A stretch of DNA of 63,441 nt, counting the filler, from Klebsormidium nitens (taxonomy: Eukaryota > Plantae > Klebsormidiophyceae), in the NCBI GenBank assembly GCA_000708835.1. It is 6 parts of 6 records of this genome, joined end to end, with 100 filler letters (N's around TTAATTAATTAA, not from the genome) between each part and the next. Parts side by side here need not be neighbours in the genome. Positions count along the whole stretch, not along the records: positions 28,295 to 52,472 come from DF237858.1; positions 52,573 to 59,478 come from DF238421.1; 4 more parts are not named here. One strand, 5' to 3'. Below are positions 38,126 through 55,543 of this stretch, in pieces. The translations under genes and the position numbers were made by a program. Position 1 is the first letter of the stretch; each line of letters begins with the position of its first letter. Below the pieces are notes generated by a model that saw only the letters and a program-made list of their open reading frames with translations, was not told the DNA's origin and ran no database searches.

Positions 38126-41100
38126 TCACAATATTTTCTTCCCGCCAACACTAATCCGCCGTCGAAAAGGCCAGAGCTTCTTGACCATCAAAATTAGCCA
38201 CCGCAAGATCCGCTGTATCCACGACCCTCGCTCCTCCTCCGGCTGTGGCTTGAACATCTCTTTGTACATCTTCTTCTGCTTCTCGCTCACCGCCTTTTCA
38301 TTCTCAACCGCTATTCTAAGCTCCCGAGCGATTTCTTTATCTCCTGGAGCAAGTTTCAGAGCTCGTTTAAAGTCGTTGATTGCATCTTCGCTCTGGCCGA
38401 GCGCCACTTTGGCTCGCGCCCGCCGGAAGAGCGCCTTCACGTTTTTCTGGTCGTCCGCCAAAACCTGCGTGGACATGCAGCCAATGAGCAACCATGTGCG
38501 CACTCGTCGTCCGGAAGTATCGAAATAATCTTTTCTCATTCGAATCTTTAGAGCGCCCCTTACTTTCTTTACGTCTTTCTGCTAATAGTAGAAAGCCCGT
38601 TGATTCTGCTTGCGAAAGACTGCGCTTTGACAGGCTTTTTCAACCTGAAATGAAAAGCCTTTGAGCCAACCGCAGGTGTACGTGTTTGCAACTGCTGACA
38701 GGGAGCCTCATCTCACGATTCTACCACGTTCGCATGAACGCATTGTCATAGTTCGTATCGTAGAACGTAGCCGCCTGACTAAGCGTCGAAGCGGAGGTCA
38801 CAAAAGTCGAAGACCTCGATAAGTGTGAGAGGATAAATACGGCTCGAAGCCCCTCATCTCAGTGACTCAGCTTGATTCCGTCCTCTGAAAAGCCGGACAA
38901 AGACGTCACGATCAGTGCAAAAACTCTGAAGTGGTCAGAGACTGGCCGACAGCATAATATACTTCGGTTCGGAGCAACCGTCTGGACAACTTTCCGGACA
39001 CCGTGGCTCCTATCTGCGTACGGACCAATCGACCTTGGACAAGTTCCATTGCCGAGCCCCACTTCGAGATCTTAGACCGCCTCAGATTACAAGCAGAAAA
39101 GCGAAAAACGAAAGGAGCACGCAGACGACGCCACCTTCATTTCAACGGGGAAAACGGGTGTTAATGCAAACAATGAAACTTACCGCGTTACAGTTCGCGA
39201 TTGCCTCGTTATACCGCTTCAGCCTGAGCATGCATGCCGCGATGTTGAGCAGGCAGGGTATCCGCACGGCGTCTGCGTCTTCGCGGTAGCGCCCCTCCAG
39301 CTGAAACATGAAGTCGTCCCCCATGAACGTCAGCCCCTGCGTCAAAACGACACACAGCGTGACGTCAGTCTCGTGGGCACGTGCTCGTTGCTTTTTGAGA
39401 TTCGCGCTTTTCTTCTGTTGATGCTAAGACTCTCCACTTGTCATTGTTGTATCGTCCTGGCGGCGGCAGTCGACAGGGTCGGTTTTGCGCCTCGATCGAT
39501 CCGCTCGACTACTTTTCTTGTTTTTGCACTCCCATGAAAACCGCACAGCAGCCCTTTGAGTTACGCCATCCGGCCCATATCCAGCCACTGGAAGCTACGG
39601 CGACCTGTAATGATTGCGTTTCGGACGACAGCGGTCAATGACATTTGAAGCGGAGGAAAGAGAAGCGCCAACGCCCGTTCGAATTGCGTAACCGTATGAC
39701 GAGTCTGACCTGGTTCGCCTCACACCGGTCAAAAATATCAAAGTTATAGATTTCTCGAGTACCTTTTTGACAGAAGTAGATGGTAGTCGACCCTATCCTC
39801 GGAAGGGCGAGCAATGTGCTGCTAATGCTGATTGCAAAGGGAGGATTGAAGACAAGCTTCGCCACTTGGAAAGGGGTGGAGGCGCTTCTCGCGGTCAGAA
39901 CAGACGCGTCCCGAGATGGTCGAAGAATGGGTGGACGTTACCAATAAGTGTTTCAATCCATCCGAGCTTCCATAAAGTGCTTGAAGATCGTCTTGTGTCG
40001 AGAACACGCAGACGGACTCAGCAAAACCGGACAGGCAATTCACAAAATCCACAGATTAGTTATGAAGAGCGACCTTTTCGTCGCACAGCATTTTCAAGGT
40101 AAGTCTCTTGCCGAACCTTTCTTCACCGACTCGGAGCGCTTTTCGGAGAAGCGAATCGGCATTCAGCAGAATCCACAAAATGATTGGGCAAGCGACCCTC
40201 GCACAGCCTTCTTCGAGTACGTCCGAAAATACTTCGTGCTGCTTCCTGGGAAAGCGGAACAGTCACGTCAACAGGAAACACGAGTGGCTTAAGCGACCCT
40301 CACGCAGCCTTTGCCAAATTCTTCTCGTGCTGGCCGGTCTCACCATTTCGTACTGCTTAAGTGCTTCCTCTGTTTGCCCCCCCTTGAAGAGGTCGTTCCC
40401 GTCCACCCGTCGTCGGTCCGCCGCCGCAATGCGCTCTTCCACGGTCATCTCGGACCGTGGTCGGCCCTGTAACAAATTCCTCAAGGTTGAGCAGCCAAAA
40501 AATCAAAGCGTGAGGATGGTGGTTCGGCTCACCAGATTGATGAAACGTGGACACGAACAGTCGTCAAACGTCAGTGGAAGGTTGCGACCGTGAGGGGTCA
40601 AGGAGTGAAACGTGTTTGCAGTTCACCGGGGCTGAAAAACCAGATTCAAAGGAACACGGGATGCCTACAAATACTTGACAGCGATGAGAGCAGGGGCGGA
40701 GGATTGTACGGCCTAGTCATAATACAAGACGGGATAGAGGACACTGATCATCGCGTCCCTTATACTGGCTTGAAAAGACCATATGCAGAAGTTAGAACGT
40801 TTCTTCTCAACGAAAAGACCACAAGCTTCATCAAAGACCGACCTCGTTTGCTGGCTCGAACCCTTTCAACTCCACTTCGTATAGGAGGTCTGCCTTTGGG
40901 GGTACGGTCGGGAAAGAGAAGCAGCCCTCCTTTCCGTACCCTTGCTGCCATGCCACGTGCACCAGGCTCTTCTCCCCCGCTTGCATGCTCGTGAGCGCCA
41001 GCCCCAACCCCTTCAAACCTTGCTGCTCTGGATAATGATGAAGAATTGGTCATTGGGAGGGTGGAATCTTGGGGTTACGTATTTAGGAGAAGCGTTATGG

Positions 41101-42759
41101 ATCAAGAGCAAAGCATAATGAAACACTGTGAGGCCAGCCTCAAACCTTGCTGCTCTGAAGAGCGATGAAAAGAACAGTGATCAGAGGCTTCGAGTATCAA
41201 GCCCCAGTCTTTTCAATCCTGCGGCTCTCAGAGTAAGCGAAGAGATGGAGATTGTGAGCGGGGGAAGCTGGATTTTTGATGCAAATTGTGTTGATCAGGG
41301 GCTTTTTCGCTGGTCGGACGCAGCCACAGGTTTTTCAGATCTTGCTGCTCTGGGAGGGTCTTCGGTGTTCAAGCGGAAGAATCTCTGGAGTTCGAAAGCG
41401 TTTCACATATCCCCAGAGTTGAGAATGCGCCCTTGACATAAGAAGCGTTGAGACTCTGGCCGAAAAATGCTGGAGAATGATGATCTAAACAGGCTACTAC
41501 TGCAAAGCCAAATCCTGCTCAGATGTCAGTCACAATCAGAATCTGCACAGTGACCTCCGATCTGGAAAACACCTATCCAGTTCCCTTAGAGAGAGGCAGC
41601 CATTATTGGCAGGAGAGATCGTCGGGAGGGTGGATTCTGAGTCCAAGTGCAACCCCAAACACTGTGAGGCATGTGAAAGAAGCTATGGTTCGCAAATGTC
41701 AAAGGATGTTACCTCAGGACCCCCCGAAAGGGCCCGAATTTATCTGCTACAGTGCAAGTAAAAGTAGAGATGTTTCCCAATTATGAGACACGAAAGAATG
41801 TAACACCCTTTGAAATGGAGACCGCAAAGGCAAGGAGTGACCCGCACCATGGCCAATGACAACTTCCGCCGCCTGGCCCTCCTCCCAGGTGTCGTAGAAC
41901 TTGTCCCCAGTTGCCTTGATCCAACCCCGGTAGTGCACTGCAGGTGTCAAGACAGTGCTTGAGAATCAGTAGTTGCTGTAGGACTGGTTGTGGAAAGAAA
42001 ACTTGCCTCGTTTGCGGAGAAAGCGATGTTGAATGTTGTTCTAGACAGGGCCGACGTAGCGGGGGTTTATTTCCGGATCTCTGATGTTAACATTGTCTGC
42101 ACTCGAAAAGCATCATTGAATGTAGTTTGGATTCAAAAAACGGCGTTTCATTACTGGCGGTGTGGCCGGAAGCAGGCGTCTTTGTGAATGAACTTTCTAC
42201 AGAGAACTACAAATCTGGTTTCATTCCGTTCAAGCAATATAATTTTTGAAGTACGTGGTGGCACTAAGTTCTGAAAATTCGTTCAAAAAACAATCAGCCC
42301 TCGTTCAAAAAACACGTGCCACATTGTGCATCTCATCTTCGAAACGCAAGTATCTTCAATCGGATTGTGACAGAAGCTATGGCGCCTGGGCGTTAGGGAG
42401 CTGCATTGCATTCTCTTCCTAGGATTCACAAACACATACTGACCACAACAGCAACTTCCAGACTGATGGTCTGCACGATGCGGTGTGACAATTAACCACC
42501 TACCAAAACACGTGGCGTGCTTCTTGGGACTGTCGCCTGTTCCTGCCCTCAAAACCTGCTTTTCAACACCGTCCCCAACCTTAAGCATTTCAGACGTCGC
42601 CTCCGGAACCGGCAATGCAGTACTTTCTTGCTGCACAGCAGTCTGCTTGAGGACTAGCGACTCTCCCTTCTCGTTCTTGACGTCTCCGGTGCCATTGATC
42701 AGCGCGTCAATTTCCTGTGAGGTCATCACAACCTCCTCGAAGTCACCCCCGTCGCTCAT
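38126..42759 (-). CDS. TWD1: FKBP42 / TWISTED DWARF1-type immunophilin: FKBP domain, TPRs, C-terminal membrane anchor (381 aa, 6 exons)
   Basis: Exons 42759-42504, 41937-41848, 41027-40843, 40466-40344, 39336-39184, 38464-38126 (1146 nt, phases fit). Motifs ATCFVHYRGW, GYGKEGCFSFPTVPPKADLLYEVEL, RSEMTVEERIAAADRRR, FMGDDFMFQL, KALFRR. Confidence 0.93.
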
Positions 42760-43076
42760 TGTGAGCGCAACCAATGGAGCCCCTTAAAAGGCCTCTGGAA
42801 CGAAAGCTGGCTGACCCGATGACCGCCCTTCCCTTCCCAAATGTGTGACTTTTCACAATTTTGTGGCAACTCTGGAAGCAATGCGCCAATATTGCCAATG
42901 GCGGCGACGCGCGCTTCTGCCCGCGAGCAGGCTAGGGTGGACAGCGTGCCGACTAGCGGAAGGACGGAACGCTGACGAACGGAACGGCCGGAACGCTGTT
43001 TCTTCACTTTCTTCAGATTTAGTAGGTAAGCAAGCACAATTTTAATATTTTAATCCTCCGCCAAAGGAACGACCCA
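42760..43076. promoter_or_regulatory. Likely bidirectional promoter between TWD1 and the CreA-like gene
   Basis: 317 bp between two divergent ATGs; CCAAT motifs near 42886, 42896 and 43074. Confidence 0.5.
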
Positions 43077-44024
43077 ATGGCGTCCTCTGCTTGCTGTGCC
43101 GCAGGCCTGGGCTTCCTCGCATCTGCATTGAACAACTTACATTGCACGACAGAGCCCCAATGCCACCAGATTCGAGGCAGCGGCGACGCTTCCACATCGT
43201 ACTCTAGATGCGCGCTTGGCGCACCGGGCCATGCTAAACTCCCTCTGAAAGCATTGAGAGGTCTGCAAAGGGTTGGCTTGCAAGGAACACCGGGGGTTGC
43301 AATGAAGGGCAGGAAAAGTGCTTGCAGCACTTATCTGATGCATGCAGCGGCACAGTCTAAGACTTCGGCATTGGAATCTTTGAGGGCAGAAACCCCTGCT
43401 CCAAAGGACACAGAACCATGGGCAACGGAAGAAAGTAGACTGGACGAAAGTGCAGAATCCGATGGCCCTGCTGGCACCAGTAGATGGATCGCTCGGGCGC
43501 TGTCAATTGTTGCAGGCGCCTTGCTTGCGCTGCAAGGGCCTCAGATGGCATTAGCGGGCGTGCAGAAGGTTGGCGAGTTCACCGGCAGTGGGTTCATCTT
43601 CAAGGACTCCATCGAAGTGATGTCAATCGACGACCCCAAGGTCTCAGGAGTCACTATCTTTGTGTCGGACTTCCAACGATCATTGACTGACCGCCTATCG
43701 AAGGACTTCTTCAATGAGCCAAGCCAAGCCTCGATTACGTGTGCGCAGACCAGCCCCCTCAGAATTGTTGGGAAGATCGCTGGGAAGGAGGGTGAGGAGA
43801 TCTTCCAAGAGACCAAGAACTTCCTGGCGTTCAAGACGCTTCATGTGAGGAGGATCTTTGACGAGAAGAAGAATGCGCTGGTGTACGTTGCTTACAGCAC
43901 GCGCTTTCAATCAGACAATGACAAGGTGTCTGCTGGACGCTATCGGACGTCCATTTGCACAGTCCCACTCTTTAACGCAGTTGTACAGAATGATGCTGGA
44001 GCGCCAGGGGATGGGTCAGGATGA
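43077..44024 (+). CDS. CreA-family protein with putative bipartite plastid/thylakoid-lumen targeting peptide (315 aa, intronless)
   Basis: The C-terminal half (KDSIEVMSIDDPKVSGVTIFVS...EPSQASITCAQT...GEEIFQE...FKTLHVRRIFDEKKNALVYVAYS...RTSICTVPL) fits my recollection of bacterial CreA. The N-terminus is Ser/Ala-rich, followed by a hydrophobic stretch ending ALA. Confidence 0.75.
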   Translation: MASSACCAAGLGFLASALNNLHCTTEPQCHQIRGSGDASTSYSRCALGAPGHAKLPLKALRGLQRVGLQGTPGVAMKGRKSACSTYLMHAAAQSKTSALESLRAETPAPKDTEPWATEESRLDESAESDGPAGTSRWIARALSIVAGALLALQGPQMALAGVQKVGEFTGSGFIFKDSIEVMSIDDPKVSGVTIFVSDFQRSLTDRLSKDFFNEPSQASITCAQTSPLRIVGKIAGKEGEEIFQETKNFLAFKTLHVRRIFDEKKNALVYVAYSTRFQSDNDKVSAGRYRTSICTVPLFNAVVQNDAGAPGDGSG

Positions 44025-45557
44025 GCGATGCAACTGAGAGAGGCCCAATCCATGTAACGTGTATCGTCGTCAGGTTAGGGGTGCTTCTAGAGGTATTTGC
44101 GGCTCCAAAATTATGGAGTTTGTGTTGAGTGTCCAATAGTCCAGAAGGGCAATTCGAGGTCTGCCAGCAATAAGCTGTCAGTTATTGGCAACTGAGGATC
44201 ATTGTAAAACCGCTACGTTGCAGTGCCCAGAGTATGGTCTTGAGGATGAAGACTATAAATAACGGACCATAGACTGCTTGTACACTGACAGGCTTGTTCA
44301 CAGCTCCAGGCTGGCCTTTTTGACCGCAAAATAAGCGAACATCAACTCCGAGGACTGCTTTTAATAAGACTATAATCAAGAAGAGTCCGAGTTAACTTGT
44401 GTCCGAGCCTCGAGGTGGCTTTCCTTCAGCTCACAAAACGTCGTGCCCAAAGTGCAAATTGCAAGGTTGATGCCCTTGAGCTCTGCAGGCCGCAATGATA
44501 TGCACTGTACCTTGATTCGATTCATTTACGATGAGTCTGAGCTGGATTTCTTCAAGTTCAAGTCTTTTCAGTGCCAGCATCGTGGCGGCCGCCATACTAA
44601 TCTGAAACTACTGTGTTATATATACCCCACAAGTAGCTTTTGTGGGGTGAAGTGGTGCATGGATCTTCACAATGCATGGTGCAGTCCCATTGCACGTGAA
44701 GCTCGTCGCCATCATGTGGCCGCAGCTGAACGGAAGGCTCACGAGCTCCGTCGATGAACTCTTCAGCTTTTTGAGGTCCATGATTCATATACAATTTCTA
44801 GCTAGCTTATTGTATGCACGTTGCGCGGCATTAATCATGGCGGTATATATAGCCTATGACAGCTCTCAGAGCTATTCTTTTATGTATGCACATGAGAAAT
44901 TGCACAGCCGTGCCCGGCCCAGCGAGACGAACATGGATTTTCATGCCTGGCGGCATTAGCGGGCCGGCACAGACGGCAAGCTGCCGCATATCCGACGAAT
45001 TGGCCCGATGGTATCGTGTCTGCCGTCGTTGGATTGTAAGATCTCTGCACGTCAACTTCGACATGAATTCAATCATTATTCGCTTGGTTTTAGCAACTCG
45101 ACATTGTACGTCCCAAGATGCTACTTGAAACTAGCTGCAATGATTTGAGTTAATCATAACGGAAAGAATGCATGACACGTACGTACACACTACGCACTCT
45201 GCAAGCACTGACCGTCTCGTAGCCATGACGTTTCTGCAGCCTAATTCTGGCGACGATGCAACCCGGCTACGACAACATCTCATTGAACTTGCAGACCCAG
45301 CTGTTGATTAACAGTTGCACAAATGTTTGAGCTCTGCACACCTGACGGCATACAAGAAAGCATGACAGCCCTTGAAGAGAGGCCTCCTTCTCTTTATTAG
45401 TCTGATCCAAGAGAAACTAGAATAAGGACACAAGGGTGCATTATGAAAGCCGTGTTGAACAGCCGGTTTCGTCAACATGTCATGCTGAGGCTTACACCCG
45501 AAGCCACTCGCCGCTGTCGAGTCACTTTCCTAGCAGGTGTGTATTGGCAAACGGATG

Positions 45558-51323
<5,766 letters not shown>

Positions 51324-52576
51324 TGCTTCACCCTGGTCATGACAAGACAGGCTTTGTTCAGGATGCGGTGTTGGCTTTGAGGGCTAGGTATCTAGATTCC
51401 AACAGCGACAGGAGTTGGAATTGTCCAAGAGGGAGGAAACCGAGAAGAAAGCGACGGTGGATGTTCTAAGAGGCTGGACAAACGCAACGCAGCTGAGGCA
51501 AAAGGGCACCCTAGTGGAGCCAACTACATCCACAGTGTCGATGATAAGGTGGTGAGCCTCATGCAGGAATCAGAGAGGAAACTGACGGCGATGAGCACAA
51601 CCCTGGAAAGACCCCAATCATAAAAGGCACTTGCAAATACTATACCCTTTGCATGGATTTCCCCATGCCATAAAACATTGGGGGTTCTCCTGCCATGTCC
51701 TCTTGAAGACACAATATGTTATGAAACGAATGTCAAGCGTTCCTTACCTTGGATTCCCTCCTGTTCTCCCTCCTCTTCTGCAGCCTCATCAACCGCTGCC
51801 CCAGTTCATCACTGCATGATCAAGTTCATCTTAAGTCACCATAGTGACCAAGAGACTCGCTGTCATGCTTACACTGCACAGAGTGCTGATCCTAGAAGTT
51901 CACATACTCGCTTTCAAAGCCACGACAAGAGAGTTCAAGTCCGGACCTTCACAACTGTCGTTGAGCTACATAGGGGACAGCAAATCCTTGTAGCAGATCA
52001 AATGCCGACAGCAAGCGATTGACATTGATTCTGGACCCTTGATGCGCTTTGCTTGAGGAGCTGTCAAGGGCCCCACTTACCTGAGGTCCACTCTAGTGAA
52101 GAAGCAAGGGGCCGCTGGCGCGCTCCTCTCTTCCATTGGCATTGGCTCAAAACACGAGTGCCAAACCTTCAGCACTCCGTTTGCATTTGCGCCAGACGCA
52201 TGAATCACCTTGGTAGCACCAGCAGCATTGACCAGCAAGTAAGCGCTGGTGGCGGTCAGGATCTCCAAGGGTGCCCCAATTGCTCCAAAAACAGCGCTAC
52301 CAACTGCTCTCTTACCAGAGCTTTGCACAGCACCAGACCTGTTGGGCGATGTTGGTATGTGTGGATCAGGGTGCCTTGTCTGTGCTCCAAATTCAGAACT
52401 TTTAGGGCTGCGCCTGGCTGCGCCACCTCTCTCAATCCGCCCCGACTCGTGTGACTTGGCTTCTAGCCTCTANNNNNNNNNNNNNNNNNNNNNNNNNNNN
52501 NNNNNNNNNNNNNNNNTTAATTAATTAANNNNNNNNNNNNNNNNNNNNNNNNNNNNNNNNNNNNNNNNNNNNGACC

Positions 52577-53515
52577 TTGGTCATAGTCCACAAGGAGGTG
52601 CTGCTGACTCAGTGGGAGGAGCGCATCAACACCTTTGCCCCAAGGGCGAGAATTGGCCGGATTCAGGGGTCTACAGTCATCACGGATGGCTGCCATTTCG
52701 TCATAGGAATGTTGCAGTCGCTGAGTATGAGAGGCTATAATAGAGCAATTCTTGACGAGTTTGATCTGGTGGTTGTCGACGAGTGTCACCATGTTGCCGC
52801 CAAGGTCTTCAGCAGAGCTTTGCGCTGCCTGTGCACTCCCTACCGCCTCGGTCTCAGTGCTTATGTTGACAGAAAGGACGGCCTGACGGACGTTATCAAG
52901 TGGCACTTGGGAGACGTCTGCTTCCTGGTCGAGCGGAAGGGCGACTCCGGCCTGACCGTTGAGACCATCCGTTACGAGCAGCCTGCTTACAAGGAGCCCG
53001 CCCCATTATTCAGGAATGGGCAGCTCGCGCTCTGTAAGATGATCGACGTGCTCTGCAATGACCCGCGCCGGAACAAGCTGATTGTCAACATGGTGCGCGA
53101 GCTCGCGCAGAGTGGGCGGTGCATATTGGTCCTGTCCGACCGGAGGGACCACTGCAGTGCGTTGCAGAAGGCGTTGGTAGAAAAGGGCCTCGCCGCAGGG
53201 CTCTTCTTGGGCGGTACGCGTAGGGAGAGCCTAGACGCCGTTGCAGAGAGCTCACAGGTCATAATAGGGACATATGCAATAGCTTCAGAGGGCTTAGACA
53301 TTCCCCGCTTAAACACACTCGTCATGGCGACGCCCAAGAGCGATATCCGCCAGACCGTTGGGCGCATCACAAGGGGAAGCAGTTCAGCAAGCAACCCCTT
53401 GGTCATAGACATCTGCGACAAGTGGGGCCCTCTGATTGCTCAGGCAAGGAAGAGAGACGCCTTCTATCGGTCGTCCGGTTTCGCAAGAAACGTGCAGAGT
53501 GATCGCGGTGTGTGA
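52577..53515 (+). CDS. Superfamily II helicase, NCLDV A18-like; 5' part lost in gap
   Basis: Intronless. VIVHKEVLLTQWEERI, IGMLQSLSMR, VVVDECHHV (motif II), GLSAY...RKDGL (III), ASEGLDIPRLNTL (V), QTVGRITR (VI), PLVIDICD...RKRDAFY. Walker A is not visible. Confidence 0.8.
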   Translation: MVIVHKEVLLTQWEERINTFAPRARIGRIQGSTVITDGCHFVIGMLQSLSMRGYNRAILDEFDLVVVDECHHVAAKVFSRALRCLCTPYRLGLSAYVDRKDGLTDVIKWHLGDVCFLVERKGDSGLTVETIRYEQPAYKEPAPLFRNGQLALCKMIDVLCNDPRRNKLIVNMVRELAQSGRCILVLSDRRDHCSALQKALVEKGLAAGLFLGGTRRESLDAVAESSQVIIGTYAIASEGLDIPRLNTLVMATPKSDIRQTVGRITRGSSSASNPLVIDICDKWGPLIAQARKRDAFYRSSGFARNVQSDRGV

Positions 53516-53801
53516 TAGAGGGTGCGGAGGGCGGCCGCGCGCGGGGTTTTGTACCGGGGTTTTCCGGACGTCGGACGCTCAGGGACATCGTTGTCGCAAT
53601 CCGCGTCAGAAGGGCTAACAATGATTGAGCTGAAAAATGACAGGACAAGATGGAGCAGAGTGCATGAACAGATGGCCTCATGGTGAACAAACTGAGCAGG
53701 GCTCCATTGTACGACAAGAGGGCAGTTTTAGGTGGCCTCATGGCACAAGGGATCGAAGAAAAAAGGGTAAGGGGGGAAGAACTGCCAATCTTTAGAGCGC
53801 G

Positions 53802-54128
53802 ATGGCGGTCCAGGGTTTCAAAAGTGACAAAGCAAGCCAACGGAAGGAAAGCACTGCAGTGCAGAATGTATGCAAGTTTCTTCAGGATGTCAGATTGAAA
53901 TCAGAAGAGGAAGAAGAAGTTGCAAGGCGTGGCCTGGATAACATGCTTTTCTGCTGTCAGCGTCCAGAACAGATAAAGCAAAAAGATTACGAGGCGGTAT
54001 CCTTGTACATGGAAGGGCAGCAGAGGCAGGCAATGGGCGCGTTTCGGGAGGCGCAGTATTACTTCGACTCTGCTCTTGAGAAGATTTGCGAGTGCTATTC
54101 GATGATGGAGCAAAGGCATCGGCTTTAG
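53802..54128 (+). CDS. Hypothetical helical protein
   Basis: 108-aa ORF in the virus-like block; no recognisable motif. Confidence 0.25.
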   Translation: MAVQGFKSDKASQRKESTAVQNVCKFLQDVRLKSEEEEEVARRGLDNMLFCCQRPEQIKQKDYEAVSLYMEGQQRQAMGAFREAQYYFDSALEKICECYSMMEQRHRL

Positions 54129-54272
54129 CGAGGTGCAAAATGGTGTTGACTCAGCACAGGCATGCAGTGACAGAGATTATAAGTAGGAGAGTCAATCTGC
54201 CACAGACACCGTAAATAAGGATGGTTGTACCAAGTTTAGTACAGAGTAAGATAAGCTCGCAAACGCCCGCAG

Positions 54273-55345
54273 TCAAACCTTATGCTTATTACAATTGTCT
54301 TTGCTGGACTGGCCGCTTGTTTTTATCAACTGTGTTTTGTCGTTGGCCCCTGCTTTACTTGCTTCTTTGCCTTGCACTTGGACCCAATTGCTGCTGCGAC
54401 CCCGGCCGCCCCCCTGCAATGGGAGACANNNNNNNNNNNNNNNNNNNNNNNNNNNNNNNNNNNNNNNNNNNNNNNNNNNNNNNNNNNNNNNNNNNNNNNN
54501 NNNNNNNNNNNNNNNNNNNNNNNNNNNNNNNNNNNNNNNNNNNNNNNNNNNNNNNNNNNNNNNNNNNNNNNNNNNNNNNNNNNNNNNNNNNNNNNNNNNN
54601 NNNNNNNNNNNNNNNNNNNNNNNNNNNNNNNNNNNNNNNNNNNNNNNNNNNNNNNNNNNNNNNNNNNNNNNNNNNNNNNNNNNNNNNNNNNNNNNNNNNN
54701 NNNNNNNNNNNNNNNNNNNNNNNNNNNNNNNNNNNNNNNNNNNNNNNNNNNNNNNNNNNNNNNNNNNNNNNNNNNNNNNNNNNNNNNNNNNNNNNNNNNN
54801 NNNNNNNNNNNNNNNNNNNNNNNNNNNNNNNNNNNNNNNNNNNNNNNNNNNNNNNNNNNNNNNNNNNNNNNNNNNNNNNNNNNNNNNNNNNNNNNNNNNN
54901 NNNNNNNNNNNNNNNNNNNNNNNNNNNNNNNNNNNNNNNNNNNNNNNNNNNNNNNNNNNNNNNNNNNNNNNNNNNNNNNNNNNNNNNNNNNNNNNNNNNN
55001 NNNNNNNNNNNNNNNNNNNNNNNNNNNNNNNAGCCGGTATTTCGCAGGGCCACCCTGTTTGGTGCATTGGTTGCAGATGCAGATTTTCGGGTCAAAGGGC
55101 CAGGGCAGGGCAAGCGCCTCTCCACAGCCATGGCAACGCTTCCGCTTGTTTCCAGCAATGCTTGCAGCCATGCCTCGGGTGCGTGCCTGTCCCCTGACAA
55201 AATCCCCTCTGCAGAAGGCTTCATGCCGGAGAGACCAGAATTCTTTGCAGTATGCTCTGTGTTCCTTGGAGAGCATCCCGACATAGAGCATGACAGAGGG
55301 GTCGCTTGCAGACAAGGGCTCCAGGATGTCCAGGAGAACCCCCAT
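54273..55345 (-). CDS. Hypothetical protein with CxxC...CxxC zinc finger (XPA-like spacing), interrupted by a gap
   Basis: ATG 55345; KRKRCHGCGEALALPWPFDPKICICNQC. Continuity across the gap 54429-55031 cannot be verified. Confidence 0.4.
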
Positions 55346-55543
55346 GGCTAGCTGGTGAGTGGTTTAAAGTCTGAAGCATTTCTTCCTGCATTCTTTGTCA
55401 ATCTGCCAAGCCAATCGCGCCATTCCGTGCCAACTCAGGGCCACCCTCCTGCCAGTCCACCGCCATTTATCGCCACGCTGCCTTTGATACTTGAGTCTGT
55501 CCTGTCCGATGGTTCAGGCATTCCCATTCAATCTGCTTTCACC

